64,000 bases of DNA from Aplysia californica (Eukaryota). The notes beneath the pieces were generated by a model, which was not told where the DNA came from, did no database searches, and saw only the letters and a program-made list of their open reading frames with translations. Below, in pieces: positions 36,223 to 48,949 of this stretch. How positions within the stretch are numbered: the first letter of the stretch is position 1; every line of letters begins with the position of its first letter. The translations under genes were made by a program, and so were the position numbers. The stretch covers positions 201,028 through 265,027 of the forward strand of contig NW_004797434.1 of the NCBI RefSeq assembly GCF_000002075.1. The letters are read 5' to 3'.

Positions 36223-36698
36223 TAATTTATATGAGGGGCTGAGATTCATAACCTGCTACATCCATTTTACCACTTTTGGGAAAATCAACTTTTTTTAATG
36301 CTGCTATTCGCACGCACATGCGTAAAAAGATTTTTTGTGTGGCTTTTATGAAGTATGTGATAGCCGGTGACTAACTGTGTGCATTTATAAGCAAAAATCT
36401 CTTGATTGTGTATGCTGTTCTTTGTCTTCCTCTGCTTTTTTTTGCCTTTCTCCTCTGCCAATATATTTAATGAGTTCATGACTTTGCTTGCCAAGCACCA
36501 GGTGCTTGCAGCTGCAGGTGGTAGATCCGAATAACTAACAGGCACAGAATATCAATTAGCCACATTTGCTTTTTATATTAATTTTGTGGATTCTTTCTCT
36601 CTGTGTTGTGAAAATAGCTTTGATGAATAAAATATAAGGGTGCTTCAGAAGGCAAAATTGATGCCGTAAGTATTGCTTGTAGTGCTTATATTCAAATA

Positions 36699-37087
36699 CA
36701 GTCAAATCTGCCCTGAAGGCCATCAGTATAAAATGACCACCTGTACAAATTTCCACTTACCGTTTCTCCCTTTAAATTTTGTTTACATTATAATGACACT
36801 GAGTGGGTGGTTGGTGGGTGCTCTGGTGTGGTTTGCTCCTTCTTTCCGATGAAACATCTGTTGTCCTTATCTCCCCTCCTTTTTTTTTATGTTTGTTACT
36901 CTGTCTCTTGTAACACCCCTAATCTTCGACACGTATATGACCTTATTGTGTTGCAAGTGCCATAAAACTCTCACAAAATCTTAAAAAATGACACTGTAAG
37001 CTGTCCGTCTGTTTAAGATGGCCACTTTTCTCTCCAACAATGGTGGCCGCCTTAGACCGTTTCAGCTGTCGTTATTTCTTGTGACTG
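36699..37087. mobile_element. Tc1/mariner-type MITE containing a nested family B element (36802-36986, TSD AATGACACTG)
   Basis: TA|CAGTCA...TGACTG|TA ends; TSD at 36792-36801 and 36987-36996. Confidence 0.7.
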
Positions 37088-37503
37088 TATGATATTGCAT
37101 AGCCTAGGTAAAGAACACTGAGCCAGTAGTCTCCTTTTACAGACACATATATCTATATAATTCCAAAGGTCTTGTGATAATCCCTGCTTGTGGTTGAATG
37201 ATGCATCTAATGTGATATGTACATTATTGTCAGCTTTATTTTTCTTTTTTTATTGAATTTTAATGAGAGTAATATATAATTTAAATTATTATGTTATACT
37301 TGATTGTGTTTTTACGGTCCTGTACAGCCAAGGAAAATTCCCCCCTGGGACAATAAAGTATTATCTGTCTTATCTTATCTTATCTTTTCTGATCTTTTCT
37401 TATCTTATTTTATATTATCTTATTTAGTTTCAAGCATGTACTAGTGTATGATTAGTTGTATGATATGGTCTCTACATTGTCCAATCCTATGAACAATCCT
37501 TAG

Positions 37504-37650
37504 GTAACATCATACCTGAGACAGATGTCCTTGCTCACCTGAGCTACATCCTGAATGACAACACACCTGCCGCTGAGTTCCCTATCTCTACACTGACATC
37601 TGAGTACAGAGATCCGTGGACACAAGCCCGAATTCAGCTGATCAAAGCCG
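37504..37650 (+). CDS. CPT2: CPT2 exon (GNIIPETDVLAHLSYILND...LTSEYRDPWTQARIQLIKA)
   Basis: AHL.YIL.D...LTSE.RD.W motif; TAG/GTAAAT. Confidence 0.93.
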
Positions 37651-37749
37651 GTAAATTTACAACTCTTTCAGTATTTCTCTTGAATGATGTGACAGAATAG
37701 ATGTGAATCATAATAACGTACACCGTGCATGGCCGTGGCCACTGCTCTT

Positions 37750-38125
37750 TTACTTACCCTCAGTCTAGATGACCGTTTGGGCACCAAGGATGATCGGACA
37801 AGCACTTTTCTCTTACTCTATCTTTCTCTATTTTTCAGCCTTTTGAAGGGTTTCACCCAACTTTAAGCCTGTCCATTTGGTTATGTTGTCTTCCTGTCTC
37901 TTTTTCTGTCTGCCTGTCCTTCTCCCTCCTCATACAGTGTCCTGTAGAATCATCTTTGCAAGTCTTGTTGATCTTGTTATGTACCCATACCATCTTAGTT
38001 TGCATTTTTTCACAATGGTGAAAAGATCTTCATCGGGCCCAAAAGCATGCCTGATTTTGTTCCTCACTTCCTCATTTGTAATATGATCACTGTAGGAGAT
38101 GCCCAAATGTCTTTGAAAGCGTAGC
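37750..38125 (-). mobile_element. RTE (BovB-like) LINE 3' fragment
   Basis: Minus strand encodes ILQDTV*GGRRTGRQKKRQEDNITKWTGL-like RTE C-terminus. Confidence 0.7.
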
Positions 38126-38533
38126 TTTGCTCCAAAGCATGCGCGCCTTGGGCACCCAGATGAAAGGCAAAAACACCATTCTCACTGTAGCTGAATGCTT
38201 GGAGCGACTTTACCCCTTTATCCTTAATTTGGCTTAACATGGGTTCAAATGGTGCACTCCTTAGTAAGCTGAAGTTACGTTACGTCAGAGTGCGCGATGT
38301 AAGATATTACGATACAAACCTATGTGTGACAGAAACACTTCAAATATTTTGCTCATAGTCACTTCTTAATTGTTGGTGCATCTTCTTAGAATGTGCAGAC
38401 CTATCGACCACTGGGATGTAATTGGATCATTCTATATTTTTCCTTCTCCTTGTAGTGCCCGCAAATCCTCTTATTTCAGCTTTGCACATAAGCTGTGTCT
38501 TGCCTTATAAAAGTTACCCTTGCAGAAATGAGC

Positions 38534-38705
38534 TAGTGGGTGGTTGGCGGGTGCTCTGGTGTGGTTTGCTTCTTCTTTCCTGTCAAACATCTATTGTCCG
38601 TATCTCCCCACCTTCTTTTTTGCTTGTTACTCTATGGTAACACCTCTAATCTTTGGCACTTGTATGTCCTTATTGTGTTGCAAGTGGCGTAAAACTCTTA
38701 CAAAA
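38534..38705 (+). mobile_element. Family B short retroelement
   Basis: Starts AGTGGGTGGTTGGCGGGTGCTCTGG; flanked by AGAAATGAG repeats. Confidence 0.8.
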
Positions 38706-38933
38706 TAGTAGAAAGAAATGAGTTACATGTTTATTCTAGCTATGTCAAATATTATCAGTACATTTTGTTATTAATCATTAGAATAGACATGTCCTGCCGT
38801 AGGCTACACCTCTGTTGCTGGAGCAGTGTGTCTCTCAAACTACGTTCTGTTCTGCGAAACTTTAGTGGCAAATGAAAATCTGAGTAAACTGGGTGAACCC
38901 TGAAATGTATTTTGCTTTTTCTGCAACATCCAG

Positions 38934-39060
38934 ATCCCCAAAACGAAGAACGACTGCGCCTTGTCGATGGCGCTATGTTTGTTCTCTGCCTTGATGATGA
39001 CCAACCTGGCGATCCGGATGCTATGACCCGCAGTTTCCTCTATGGAAATGGATCAAATCG
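38934..39060 (+). CDS. CPT2: CPT2 exon (DPQNEERLRLVDGAMFVLCLDD...FLYGNGSNR)
   Basis: VD.A.F.LCLDD...L.G.G.NR motif; CAG/GTATGC. Confidence 0.94.
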
Positions 39061-39576
39061 GTATGCTTTTGTTTGTTGTCTGTTATTAAGAGGTAGTTGG
39101 GGGTTTTTTTGGGGGGGGGGGGTCCACACACTTTCTCTGTGCGTTGGAGGCAGTTATATTATTAGAGAGGTTTCACTTCTTCTTTAATTAGCTTTGATCG
39201 TATTTGTCAATTTAAAAAATGTTTTTCTTATTTTTGGTCACCAGTTCTTCTTTTGTTAATTTCTTTCAACAGAGAATTTGTCTTTCTTGATGGTGTTTAG
39301 AGATTGGCCATATCATTGTTTTTGATTTATATATGGTCAGTTTTTCCAAAATTATAAAGTATATCTTATCTGATCTAACTAAATAAGTTTAATAAAAATA
39401 TTTATGTATGCCTAATGGCAGTTTCCAATGAAAATGACAGTTGATTATTTGATATTACTACTTCCTTACAGTTGAAATATGTTTTGAACTAGATTTAGAT
39501 ATTTACAGGTCTACTCTAGATTTCTAGTTTGATTGCGTAGTAACTCTCCCATTTCTTTTTTTTTTTTAAATTGCAG

Positions 39577-39776
39577 ATGGTTTGATAAAAGTTTTCAGCT
39601 GATTATCACAAAAGAGGGAACTGCAGCTGTCCACTTTGAGCATGCTTGGGGTGACGGTGTGGCCGTCCTGAGGTATTTCAGAGAGGTCTACTCGGACGCC
39701 CTTCAGAAATCTCGTGTCCATCCTGACACCAAACCTTCTCCAAATGCCAGCTCTGACGAAAAAGTAGTGAGGCTCA
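39577..39776 (+). CDS. CPT2: CPT2 exon with the catalytic His ([34 protein letters not shown]...)
   Basis: RWFDKSF and [13 protein letters not shown] carnitine acyltransferase signature; CAG/GTGAGT. Confidence 0.97.
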
Positions 39777-41372
39777 GTGAGTTCTTTGTTATTCTGTTTG
39801 TGTCTTTACTTTCAGGTTGTGTGTCCTGTCTTACTGGGTGTTCGTCAGTTAAACTTTGTTCTTAGTAAGCTTCTGCTGTTGGTATATAGAGCTCTGACAT
39901 TATCTAACAATTGTCCTCTGACACCCAATGTTTGTCTGTTATTCAAGATGACTGGCATCTGTGGTGCTGCAGGTAGGTGCTTTGCTATTGCACTCGGGAG
40001 ACTTGAGTTTGATTCCTAAGTAGGGAGAATTTTTATTGAGTATCTCTATTTTTCTGCTGGTCTCAGCCCAAGTTGGCCCTGACAGGCAGGGTTAAAGCCC
40101 GCCTCCTAAATGATCTTAATTGTCTCAGTGGGGCCATGGTGGGTAAAACAACCCACATCTAAAAAAGAATAAATGAAAAATACATTCTTCTAGATACGGG
40201 GTGTGTAAATTATTTACTTAACTCCTTCTTCTTTCCTATCTAACATCTATGGTCCTTATCTCCCCTTCTTCTTCTTTATGTTCGTTACTCTCTTGTAACA
40301 CCTCTAATCTTCTGGCACTTATATGACCTTATGCAGTTGCGAGTGCCACAAAACCTCTACTAAAACTAAACAAAAATCTAACTCCTTTTCTTCTGCAAAC
40401 TGCTCTCAGCGGCTTGCAGTCAGAACCACTGTGCCGGTGAAGCTCTGGTAGTGGCTCAAGCACACTCCTTTTCGACGACTTTGACGTCCTATTCCTTTTC
40501 GGTAACGTAATTGCCGAAAACGGGTCACTTTTATAGGGAGTTCCTTCATTAGATGAAGAAATATCAAAATAGGTTCACTTGTTTTGATGTAATGACCAGT
40601 TTAGTGACATATATGTCACTTTTAGTTTTTGTACTAAAAAATGGTCCTGGCATAGTGGGTTTACCACCCGCCCCCTTCCTTGGAGTTAAAGCAGGAATGG
40701 TTTTGTCTGCCTTCACTGCTTCAGTGCACCAGAGGACGGATCATTTTAAATAGCGGGTAAAGCATAGTCAAAAGTGTGATAAACAGAACATTGATGTGTC
40801 AAAGAAATTAAAAAGTCTGCTCGTTTTTGACTGTGTAAGCATTTAAAACATGTATTTACTAAGGTTCTGTCTTGTGTGTATGCATGAGTGGACGTAGTCT
40901 TTGTAACATTCCTTTGCCCTTGTAAATGACCAAGACAAATTTCTTCCAGTGAGATGAATAAAGATTGTCATCGTCATTGCCAAGAGATATGTGTTGTGCT
41001 GACTCTGATTGGCCTGTGTCTTGCTCCAAAACTGCCTGTGGTTGGTGGGTCCTACTCGAAATTGCCTCATTTTATTGTTACCACTTTGAGCAGGGGGGAA
41101 ACTTATGCCCTTCAAAGGAACATTTTTCAGCTACTACCTATGTAAACGGGGGAATATTCTGAGAAAGAGAAATGTTGATGCTATTTTGAAGTAATTTAAG
41201 TCTCATTGTGACTGACAGGAAAAATGATCACACTTGTAAAAATCAGTTTCATTGCAGGTTGACTGTCCCTGAGTTGTAGTAGGGAAAACGAAAAAGAAGA
41301 TTGTGAACTATTTTGATACTAAACTAATCTGTCAACATACTGATAACTTTTCATATACTTTGCTTTCTCCAG

Positions 41373-41542
41373 ACTTTACTCTTGATCCCTCTGTGAAGGA
41401 AGCAGTTGCCAAGGCAAAGTCTCGGTTTGATGATGTGACAAATTCTCTGGACGTGTCTCATATACAGTACCACAAGATGACCAAGACTCATGTGAAAAAG
41501 GCCAAACTCAGTCCTGATTCCATCATGCAGTTGACCGTTCAG
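41373..41542 (+). CDS. CPT2: CPT2 exon (FTLDPSVKEAVAKAKSRFD...KKAKLSPDSIMQLTVQ)
   Basis: KK.KLSPD...QL..Q motif; CAG/GTACAT. Confidence 0.94.
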
Positions 41543-41589
41543 GTACATCAAATGAATAATCAAATATGTGTTATTAAAAAAAAAACAAC

Positions 41590-41945
41590 CCAGGGATTTG
41601 GAACAAAATTCGGTTTTGGATGAGATGAGTTTTTTTTAGACAGGGGATGTAGGTTACAGCTGGAAGCCACCAAAATGTGGCATCTTAGGAGAATGCTCAG
41701 ATTCTTATGGACAGAGAGGAAAATAACACAAAAGCGCTCCAAATGGCTGAGGTGGGCAGAAGGTGGTGGCGATGGATTGGACATACTCTCAGGAAGTCAG
41801 GCAGCTGCATAACAAAGAAAGTGTTGGATTAGAATCCACAGGGTAAAAGATCAAGTGAAAAACCACGTAGAGTCTGGAGAAAAATCACAGAAATTGATGT
41901 ACAGAAAGGTGGGAAGACATGGAATAACATCTAGAGGCTAGCAGA
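41590..41945 (+). mobile_element. RTE LINE 3' fragment related to the 3' half of 9466-9909
   Basis: Shares ATCACAGAAAT..ATGTACAGAAA.GTGGGAAGACATG; encodes KWLRWA, NPQGKRS. Confidence 0.75.
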
Positions 41946-42732
41946 AAACCTCTGCTGATCAGAACTGACAACAGGAAGGAATGGGGTATCATGATCAGCT
42001 ATGTCTGCTCCAATCCTGACATCTGAAGAAGATATAGGTTACAAGACAGGTTTGATGATGTGGTGTCTGGGGCTGTGAAGTTTTGCGGGTGGTTGGTGGG
42101 TGCTCTGGTGTGGTTTACTCCTTCTTTCCTATCAAACATCTATTTGATTTCAGTCTCCTGTCTTTCTTCCAATGGTTATTCTCTAAAAACTTGCTTGTAT
42201 TCCTCAAGTTTTGTTCATTCAGATTTTTCATTTCTTTTGACTAGTTAAATTCTTCTTTGTGTAATCTAAGTTGCATTTTTTCCACTCCTTTCGTGGTTAA
42301 GTAAAAAAAATCTATATTTTTACGTCTATCCTTTTCATTGGGCCTATGGGCTAAATTGTGCACTCTGTTGAAAAAGTTTTTATTGGAATAACTCCATATA
42401 TCCAGGAAACTGCTCCCAGCGGCTTGCAGTCTGAACCGCTGTGCCGGTGAGCTGCTAGCAGTGGCTCAGTCACATTCCTTTATGATGACAATGACATATT
42501 AATTTTCGGCAATTTCTGAAAACAGATTACTTTAACTGAGAGTAAGTTGAGAAAGTAATACTCATGCTATTGACTTTTGTTGTAAAGTTTTGATATATTG
42601 TAACTTCATTATGAATATTCCTTATTTTGGTGCTGCCAAGCTGCAAGTATCATGTCAATATTATTATTTTTTTCTCCTTTTTGATCGATACAAACAATGG
42701 CTGGGTATAATTATTTGAGTTTTCCATTTCAG

Positions 42733-42964
42733 CTGGCCCATTATCGCATGTACGGGAAGAATGTTGGAACGTACGAGTCGTGCAGTACATCGGCTTTCAA
42801 ACATGGCCGCACAGAAACTGTACGCTCATGCACGTCAGCCACCAAAGCTATGTGTGAGCGTCTGTACGGGAGCTCCGGCCCCCAGGGCAGTGCAGATGAG
42901 CTGATGGAGGGACTGCGCGATTGCTCAAAGGTGCACGGACAACTCACGAAAGAAGCTGCCATGG
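42733..42964 (+). CDS. CPT2: CPT2 exon (LAHYRMYGKNVGTYESCSTSAFKHGRTETVR...HGQLTKEAAM)
   Basis: TYESCST.AFKHGRTET.R and HGQLTKEAAMG motifs; CAG/GTGAGA. Confidence 0.97.
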
Positions 42965-43117
42965 GTGAGAAAGAGTTTTCACAGATTTACTTACTTGTCA
43001 TTTATTTTTTTCTGTAACCCCATGTTAGATGTTAGTTGTGTGCATTCAAGAACTGTTATGCTCAGCATTTATTTTCTTTATATCATATTATTAGTCGTGT
43101 CAATTGCAAAAATAGCA

Positions 43118-43530
43118 TTCCCCCCCTCCCCCAACCAAGGCAGTGCTACTGACTGAAGTTGTTTTTAGGCCATTCCCAAAGGGGGGACATTAAATATATT
43201 CTTATGCACAGTAGAATTGTAAATGGGCTGATTTATCAATGTCAAGCTCATATTGTGCCGAAACAACATGGGGGAACTGCTGCTTTTTCTTTCCTCATCC
43301 TTACTATCATCATTTTTCCTCTACTTCTTTTGTATATTTGTCACTCTCTTGTGAACTGCTATTTCCGGGCTGCCTTGATAGTTGAAGCGGACTTTGTGCT
43401 GTTGAGGCTAGAGAGGTGAGCAGAATAAGCCTGAATCCCCATTTGGACTTCTCTGTTGACATCCACCCTTTGGTGCTCATATGACCTAATGCAGTTGTGA
43501 GCGCCGTAAAACCTTATTAAAACAAACAAC
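43118..43530 (+). mobile_element. Family C short retroelement
   Basis: Aligns with 6035-6446. Confidence 0.85.
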
Positions 43531-43613
43531 GAGCAAAAGCACCTTCGTAAAATTTTCAGTTGTTTTCACAATATCCGAGTAGTAGGCATCCCTTCTATTT
43601 TTAACATCCACAG

Positions 43614-43802
43614 GCCAGGGTTTCGACCGTCACCTGTACTTCCTGAAGCACATGGCAGAGAGCCGAGGCCTGTCTCTGCCCATGTTCACACACCCAGCAT
43701 ACGCCAACCTGAACCACATCATCCTGTCTACCTCAACACTCTCGGACCCGGCTGTTTTGATCGGAGGCTTCGCCGCTGTCACACCCGATGGCTTTGGTGT
43801 TG
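43614..43802 (+). CDS. CPT2: CPT2 exon ([16 protein letters not shown]...[30 protein letters not shown])
   Basis: GQGFDRHL and LSTSTL motifs; CAG/GTGAGG. Confidence 0.96.
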
Positions 43803-44169
43803 GTGAGGAGTGACACTAGTGTTTGTTTTATTGGTTTTAGATGTCTGTTTTTAATGTGTTTGAAAACAATTTGTCGATTTTGTGTTTGAAGTGCTTCACA
43901 TGTCTGTTTTATCTGTTTCAGATATCTATAACATGTACGAAAACAATTTGTCGATTTTGTGTTAGAAGTGCTTCACAAGAACTATAGTTGGCTGGCCAGT
44001 TCATTTTAAGTTTAGTTTTTCAGTCCTAGTGTTTTGATCATTATGGAATGAGATTGCTATGGTGAGCTTGGTAGATACATTACTTTTTCTGTTGGTATCT
44101 GGAATATGGTGCTGGTGCCTACCTGTACCAGTGTAGAGTAGGGTATCTAATTTCTGATTCTTTTATAAA

Positions 44170-44519
44170 AACCATTGTTTTTTGCCTTATTTTATCTTCC
44201 AAAGGTTGTACTATTAATCTTTTTCTTCCTTTTCTATTAATCTTATTTCTTCCTTTCTTATTTTCAAGTGTATCTGATATGTTTTTGATTTGTTTTAATC
44301 TTTTTAATCTTGTTTCTTCCTGTGTTGTCTTCAAGTTTATGTGATATATGTTTTTGGTTTATCATTAATCTTTTTTCTTCTTTTTTTTCTTTTCAAGTTA
44401 ATGTGATTTATGTTTTTGATTTGTTTCATTATCTCTAAGTTATGCCATTGAAGTTTTTCTTTCTTTCAACTTCTCAAAGTTATGCTAATAAAGTTTTGGT
44501 TTTATTTCATCCTCTCAAG
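44170..44519 (+). repeat. Degenerate tandem repeat resembling the CPT2 last-exon acceptor
   Basis: Recurring TTCAAG.TTATG...ATGTTTTTGATTTG units of ~40-65 bp. Confidence 0.65.
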
Positions 44520-44665
44520 GTTATGGCATTGAAAACAACGCGATCGGCTTCAACATAACCAGCTACCCAGCATGCAGTGCCTCAGACTTCGTGGCTAACT
44601 GTGAGAAATCTCTGGATGACATCCATGACATTCTTAAAGGCCAAAAACCAGCATGCAAGTCCTGA
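44520..44665 (+). CDS. CPT2: CPT2 last coding exon (GYGIENNAIGFNITSYP...LDDIHDILKGQKPACKS*)
   Basis: Continues GFGVGY; IG.N..SYP motif; TGA stop 44663-44665. Confidence 0.92.
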
Positions 44666-45279
44666 TCACACACTCTGTGCCTAAGACTTTCATTTTTTTC
44701 AAGATTGTGTACCTTTTTTTTATGTACCCCTTAGTTATTTTATTTTTAGAATTTATAAGATAAGAATTTTTTGAGAGAGGTAGGCAGGCAAAGGAGGATC
44801 TTGAGACTCAAAAGTGCAATTGTTGTGGTTCTGAACACCTATATTTTCTACTGAGACTTATTTTCTACTAAGACCTGTTTTATACCAAGACAGAATCATT
44901 CAACAGAATGAATAATCGCCTTAGGTTGTCTTATGTGTCTCAATTTTGTAAATTGATACAGACTTTTTGAAAAGATCGACAAAAAGATGAGTTATGTGCG
45001 TATCTGCTGAGAACTTGGGCCAGCTGAAACAGAAAAGAGATTGTGTCCTTATCTGACTAGTGGAGTGTAGTAGAGTGCAGAATGTTGCAACTGCCATTAT
45101 CTATGTGTGATGTGCTTCTTACACAAATGTGAGACATTCTGACGAGATGAGTTACATCTCGCATTTCGCGAATGGAGATGTCTGTAAAAAATCAGCACAT
45201 CAAAATTAATAAATTTTCAACTGATGCAGTTTTTTTCACGTTTTACATGTCTTTTGATTATTTCAGATGATAAATTGTA

Positions 45280-46077
45280 CAGTGGAATCCTGTTATAACG
45301 AGAGAGAGGGGACCAGTGCAAAATGTCCGTTATAGCAGGATTCTCGTAATAAGGGATCGAGTAATAAATTCAAAGGAAATAATAAAGTAGGCCTAGTCTT
45401 TGAGTTTGGTGTTCTGTTTATTCTTTTTAGTATTTCCCCTGATGATGATTTTGTTCAACATGATCTGTAGGTTTTACTCGATAAAAAATCAAATCAGGTT
45501 TCTTTCTCTAGCACTAGCAATGTTGACCAATAGACGTTGGCGATCAGAAAGAAGGGGCTCTGGCTCTAGGCTAACTCGCCCGCTGTGTTGTCCCCCACCC
45601 CACCACACCCTGTGGCGCTTTCCATCTGCTTACGCACGTCACACATTCGCTCCATCTATCTGAGCATTGTGACCTCTCCATCCCGCACCAGAGAAGTGAG
45701 AGGCACGGTATGCCTAGATAATCTAAACTGGGCTGGCCTTTCACACAATGTGTTCTGCTTGTCTGAGCAAGCCACACCTCCCCACTCATTCGTCCCGGCC
45801 TTCATTGTTGGTTCGCGTGGGCTCTCAATCTTTGTTTCGCTGGATCACCCACAACTTTCTCAACTGGCGAGGTTTTATATAATATGTTTAATTGGTCTGT
45901 GTGCTGTGCACAGCAGCAGCAGTATTCCATTATAACCAACTCGTGTGACTGTTTGATTGCGCAATAGCAGTATTTTATTTACAAAGATAAAGAAGGGAAA
46001 AAAACAGGGTTTTAGAATAGTGTCTTTATAACAGACTTTTTCGTTGTTTCAGGACTCGTTATAAGTGGACTCCACTG
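45280..46077. mobile_element. pogo/Tigger-type non-autonomous DNA transposon
   Basis: TIRs CAGTGGAATCCTGTTATAACGAG and CTCGTTATAAGTGGACTCCACTG with TA on both flanks. Confidence 0.85.
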
Positions 46078-48949
46078 TACAAACCCAAGCTATAAATTTG
46101 ATGTTTCTATCTGTATCGAGAGGACTAAAATCCGAGAATTCACTCATTTTGTCTGCACACCTCACATTCACAAATGTGTTTATGACCATCATGACAAGGA
46201 CTTTGTGTAATCCCAACATTCCATGTGATCTCTCCGCTTCTCAGGGTGCTTGATCATCCTGATGAAAGTTTGAAAGTCCTACTGTTGTTTCAGTATTTTT
46301 CCCCCCCAATATTATCTCTGTTTTCTCTGGCTGTTTGAGCCATGGAACAGCTTGTTGATGATAGAGGTGTTGTTATGCAGAGATAGACCTGTGCTATTCA
46401 CTGTCTGTTTTGTTCTGGTTTCTGTGTAATTTCACTTCACCCATTTCGTAGATAGTGGATTGTATCAGATTTTTTTTCACAGGGTATAACGGGTTCATTG
46501 TAGGTAGCAATTTACATCAGGGACAGTGTGTTTGTTCTTATTAAGATTTTGTTATGACAACTGGGTGATAAGCTTAGCAAAGAGTTGGAGCTTATGTTTG
46601 GTTTAGAATGTGCTATTTTTAGTTTGAAATTATTTTGAGACTGAGATTGTGTGGATGGAAAGCAGCAGCAGTGGGTTTCTTGTTTTCTTATTCATGATCT
46701 AATTTGATAACTCCTATAATATTCAGTACAGTGGTCATTAATTTCGAAATTGACCTTCTTGGAAAAAAAGATGATTATATCTATTGCTGTGATTGTATGG
46801 CAATTTAGAACATATCCTCTTTAACAAAATTCCTTCATTGTTACTAATATATTATTCATCATGATATGTAAAATCAAGAAGAGTGAAAAAGTGTGTGATG
46901 GATTTAGAAGTGCCCTAAGACTACATGACTTAACAGTGATATGCAACTCATTTGTTGACCTGTGACTGCCTGATATGGTGTGCAATTTTTTCGTTTAAAA
47001 AAAATCTAATGTTGTCTGTGTGAATGTTTGACTCTGTTTGTTGCTTGAATATGAAAATGGTAATGACCTTATAAAAAAAAATTTGTGATTTTGAGTCAGT
47101 GTAAAAGTGTAAAGGATTGATGCTTTGACATTTGATTTAGCTCTCTTTTCATTTTGCAGTACATGCTGTTTTTATACTTTACTGTCACAAGTTTATATTA
47201 TATGTTATTGTCCCGGAGCAAAATTCATACACTAGTGGTGCAGTTGAACATTAACCAATGGAAAAGTGTATATATATGAAAAGCTATAAGATACCCTTAC
47301 CACCCCCCCCCCCTTTTTTTTCCTTCAACTAAAATAACACAGACACACACAAAAAAGCAGCAAAATAAACCATATAAAACAAACTAGATTTCTACTACAA
47401 ATTTTCAGTTTATTTGTGTGTGGATGTCATCCTCTAACTCAAAGTGAATGGTATGCAGTCTGATTTTGACCAGGAGCATACACTTACCCCAGTTGGTATC
47501 ATGTTGAACTACAGAATGGATGGCCAAAGGGGCATTCTAAACGTGATTAATTTTCTACAGTTTTTAATGCTGTCCACCTATTTGGCTCGGTCCTGTTGCA
47601 GGTGGACGTTCAAATTTGGAGGTTCCGCCTCTTAAATAACCTTACAGTTTTACAGTATTGAAAGGGGCATTTAACCTATTCTATGATTTTGACCAAAATG
47701 ATTCAAAACTTCACATCTCTCCAGAGTAATGTAGTCTTAAAGTCTTGTGCCACTGACTGCAGAGGGCTTTTTCCACAGTCTCTACTTCAAGTCATATATT
47801 TTGTGTTTTAACATTTTAAAATTACTGCACTTTTTTCCTACTCCATTTTGTTCATCTCTAGCCTTGAACCGATATTTGGGATAGAACGTTGATGGAGAAA
47901 TGAGTATGTCTCAAGTGCTCATTCTGAGCAACAAAGTAGAACTGTTTCCTTTTCATTTTCAGAGATTTTGTTTTTCTGTCTCTGATTTCCTTCTCATTCT
48001 TTCTCGCTCAAGCCTTTTGGTTCTTACCGTGAAGGGTGGTGAGTTTTTTTTTGGGGGGGGGGTTTTCACGTTCGTATTTTAGGGAGGTTCATAGCTACCT
48101 TCTACCCAGTACCTCAGGAATCAGAGACCTATAATTATTTCTCTCACTTCTCTTGCTTTTTCCCTCCACCTGTACTACTAACTATTATAATTATTGTGCT
48201 TTAATGTAACTCAAACAAAGCAAACTGGTTCTTGAAGTTCAGATTGGAAAAACTTAAACTTTACTCTGTAGTCTAGAAACTTTTCCTGTTAATATGGTGA
48301 TCAAAGGATTTTTATCTTAGTCTATGTTCCTTTTGGTCTATGGAGATTAAAAGGGGTTCTGACTGAATTTGGTGCCATATGCCATGAGATTCCATCCCAC
48401 CCTCCTCTCTTTCCCCAAAGAACAAATTCGAATCTTTTATGCTGTGTGGCTAGTTTATTATCCCAGTGATTCTTCTACTTCAAGTGAATGCATGTCAGCA
48501 CAGTCTTTTTCATTTAAGAAGTGTCCTTCAGACATGATTTCAATTGTCTACATCATGCAACGTGTGTATGTATTTTGGTTTTGAGAATGTTGTACTGTAT
48601 GGTTTCATTTCTCACCTTCTTTTAATAGTGTGCTTTGGTTCTGGAGAAAGTGTTTATAGAGAGCAGACCCTGATTAACAAAATGTGCAAAAATGTATTTT
48701 TTTCTTTTTCTGTGGCTCTTTCTTTTGATATAGTCTATATATGATTTTTCAATATATGATTTTACAGCATTTGTGACAGTATGATGTGTGTTTGCAAGAG
48801 ACTTGTAGAGCTGTGGAGATTGTAACATCTGTCTTTATAAAATGATTGATAAATTTGAATGAAATGAGCATTATCTGTGTTTGGGTTTTTATGTGACATG
48901 AGCCTCCTCTTTTCATCACTGGCGAAGAACAGGAAACCACAGCTGAGGT

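Noticed and set aside
44650-44780. Peroxisomal targeting or stop read-through of CPT2 (ends ...CKS*)
   Set aside because: CKS does not fit PTS1, the stop context is not TGA-CTA, and the extension has no PTS1
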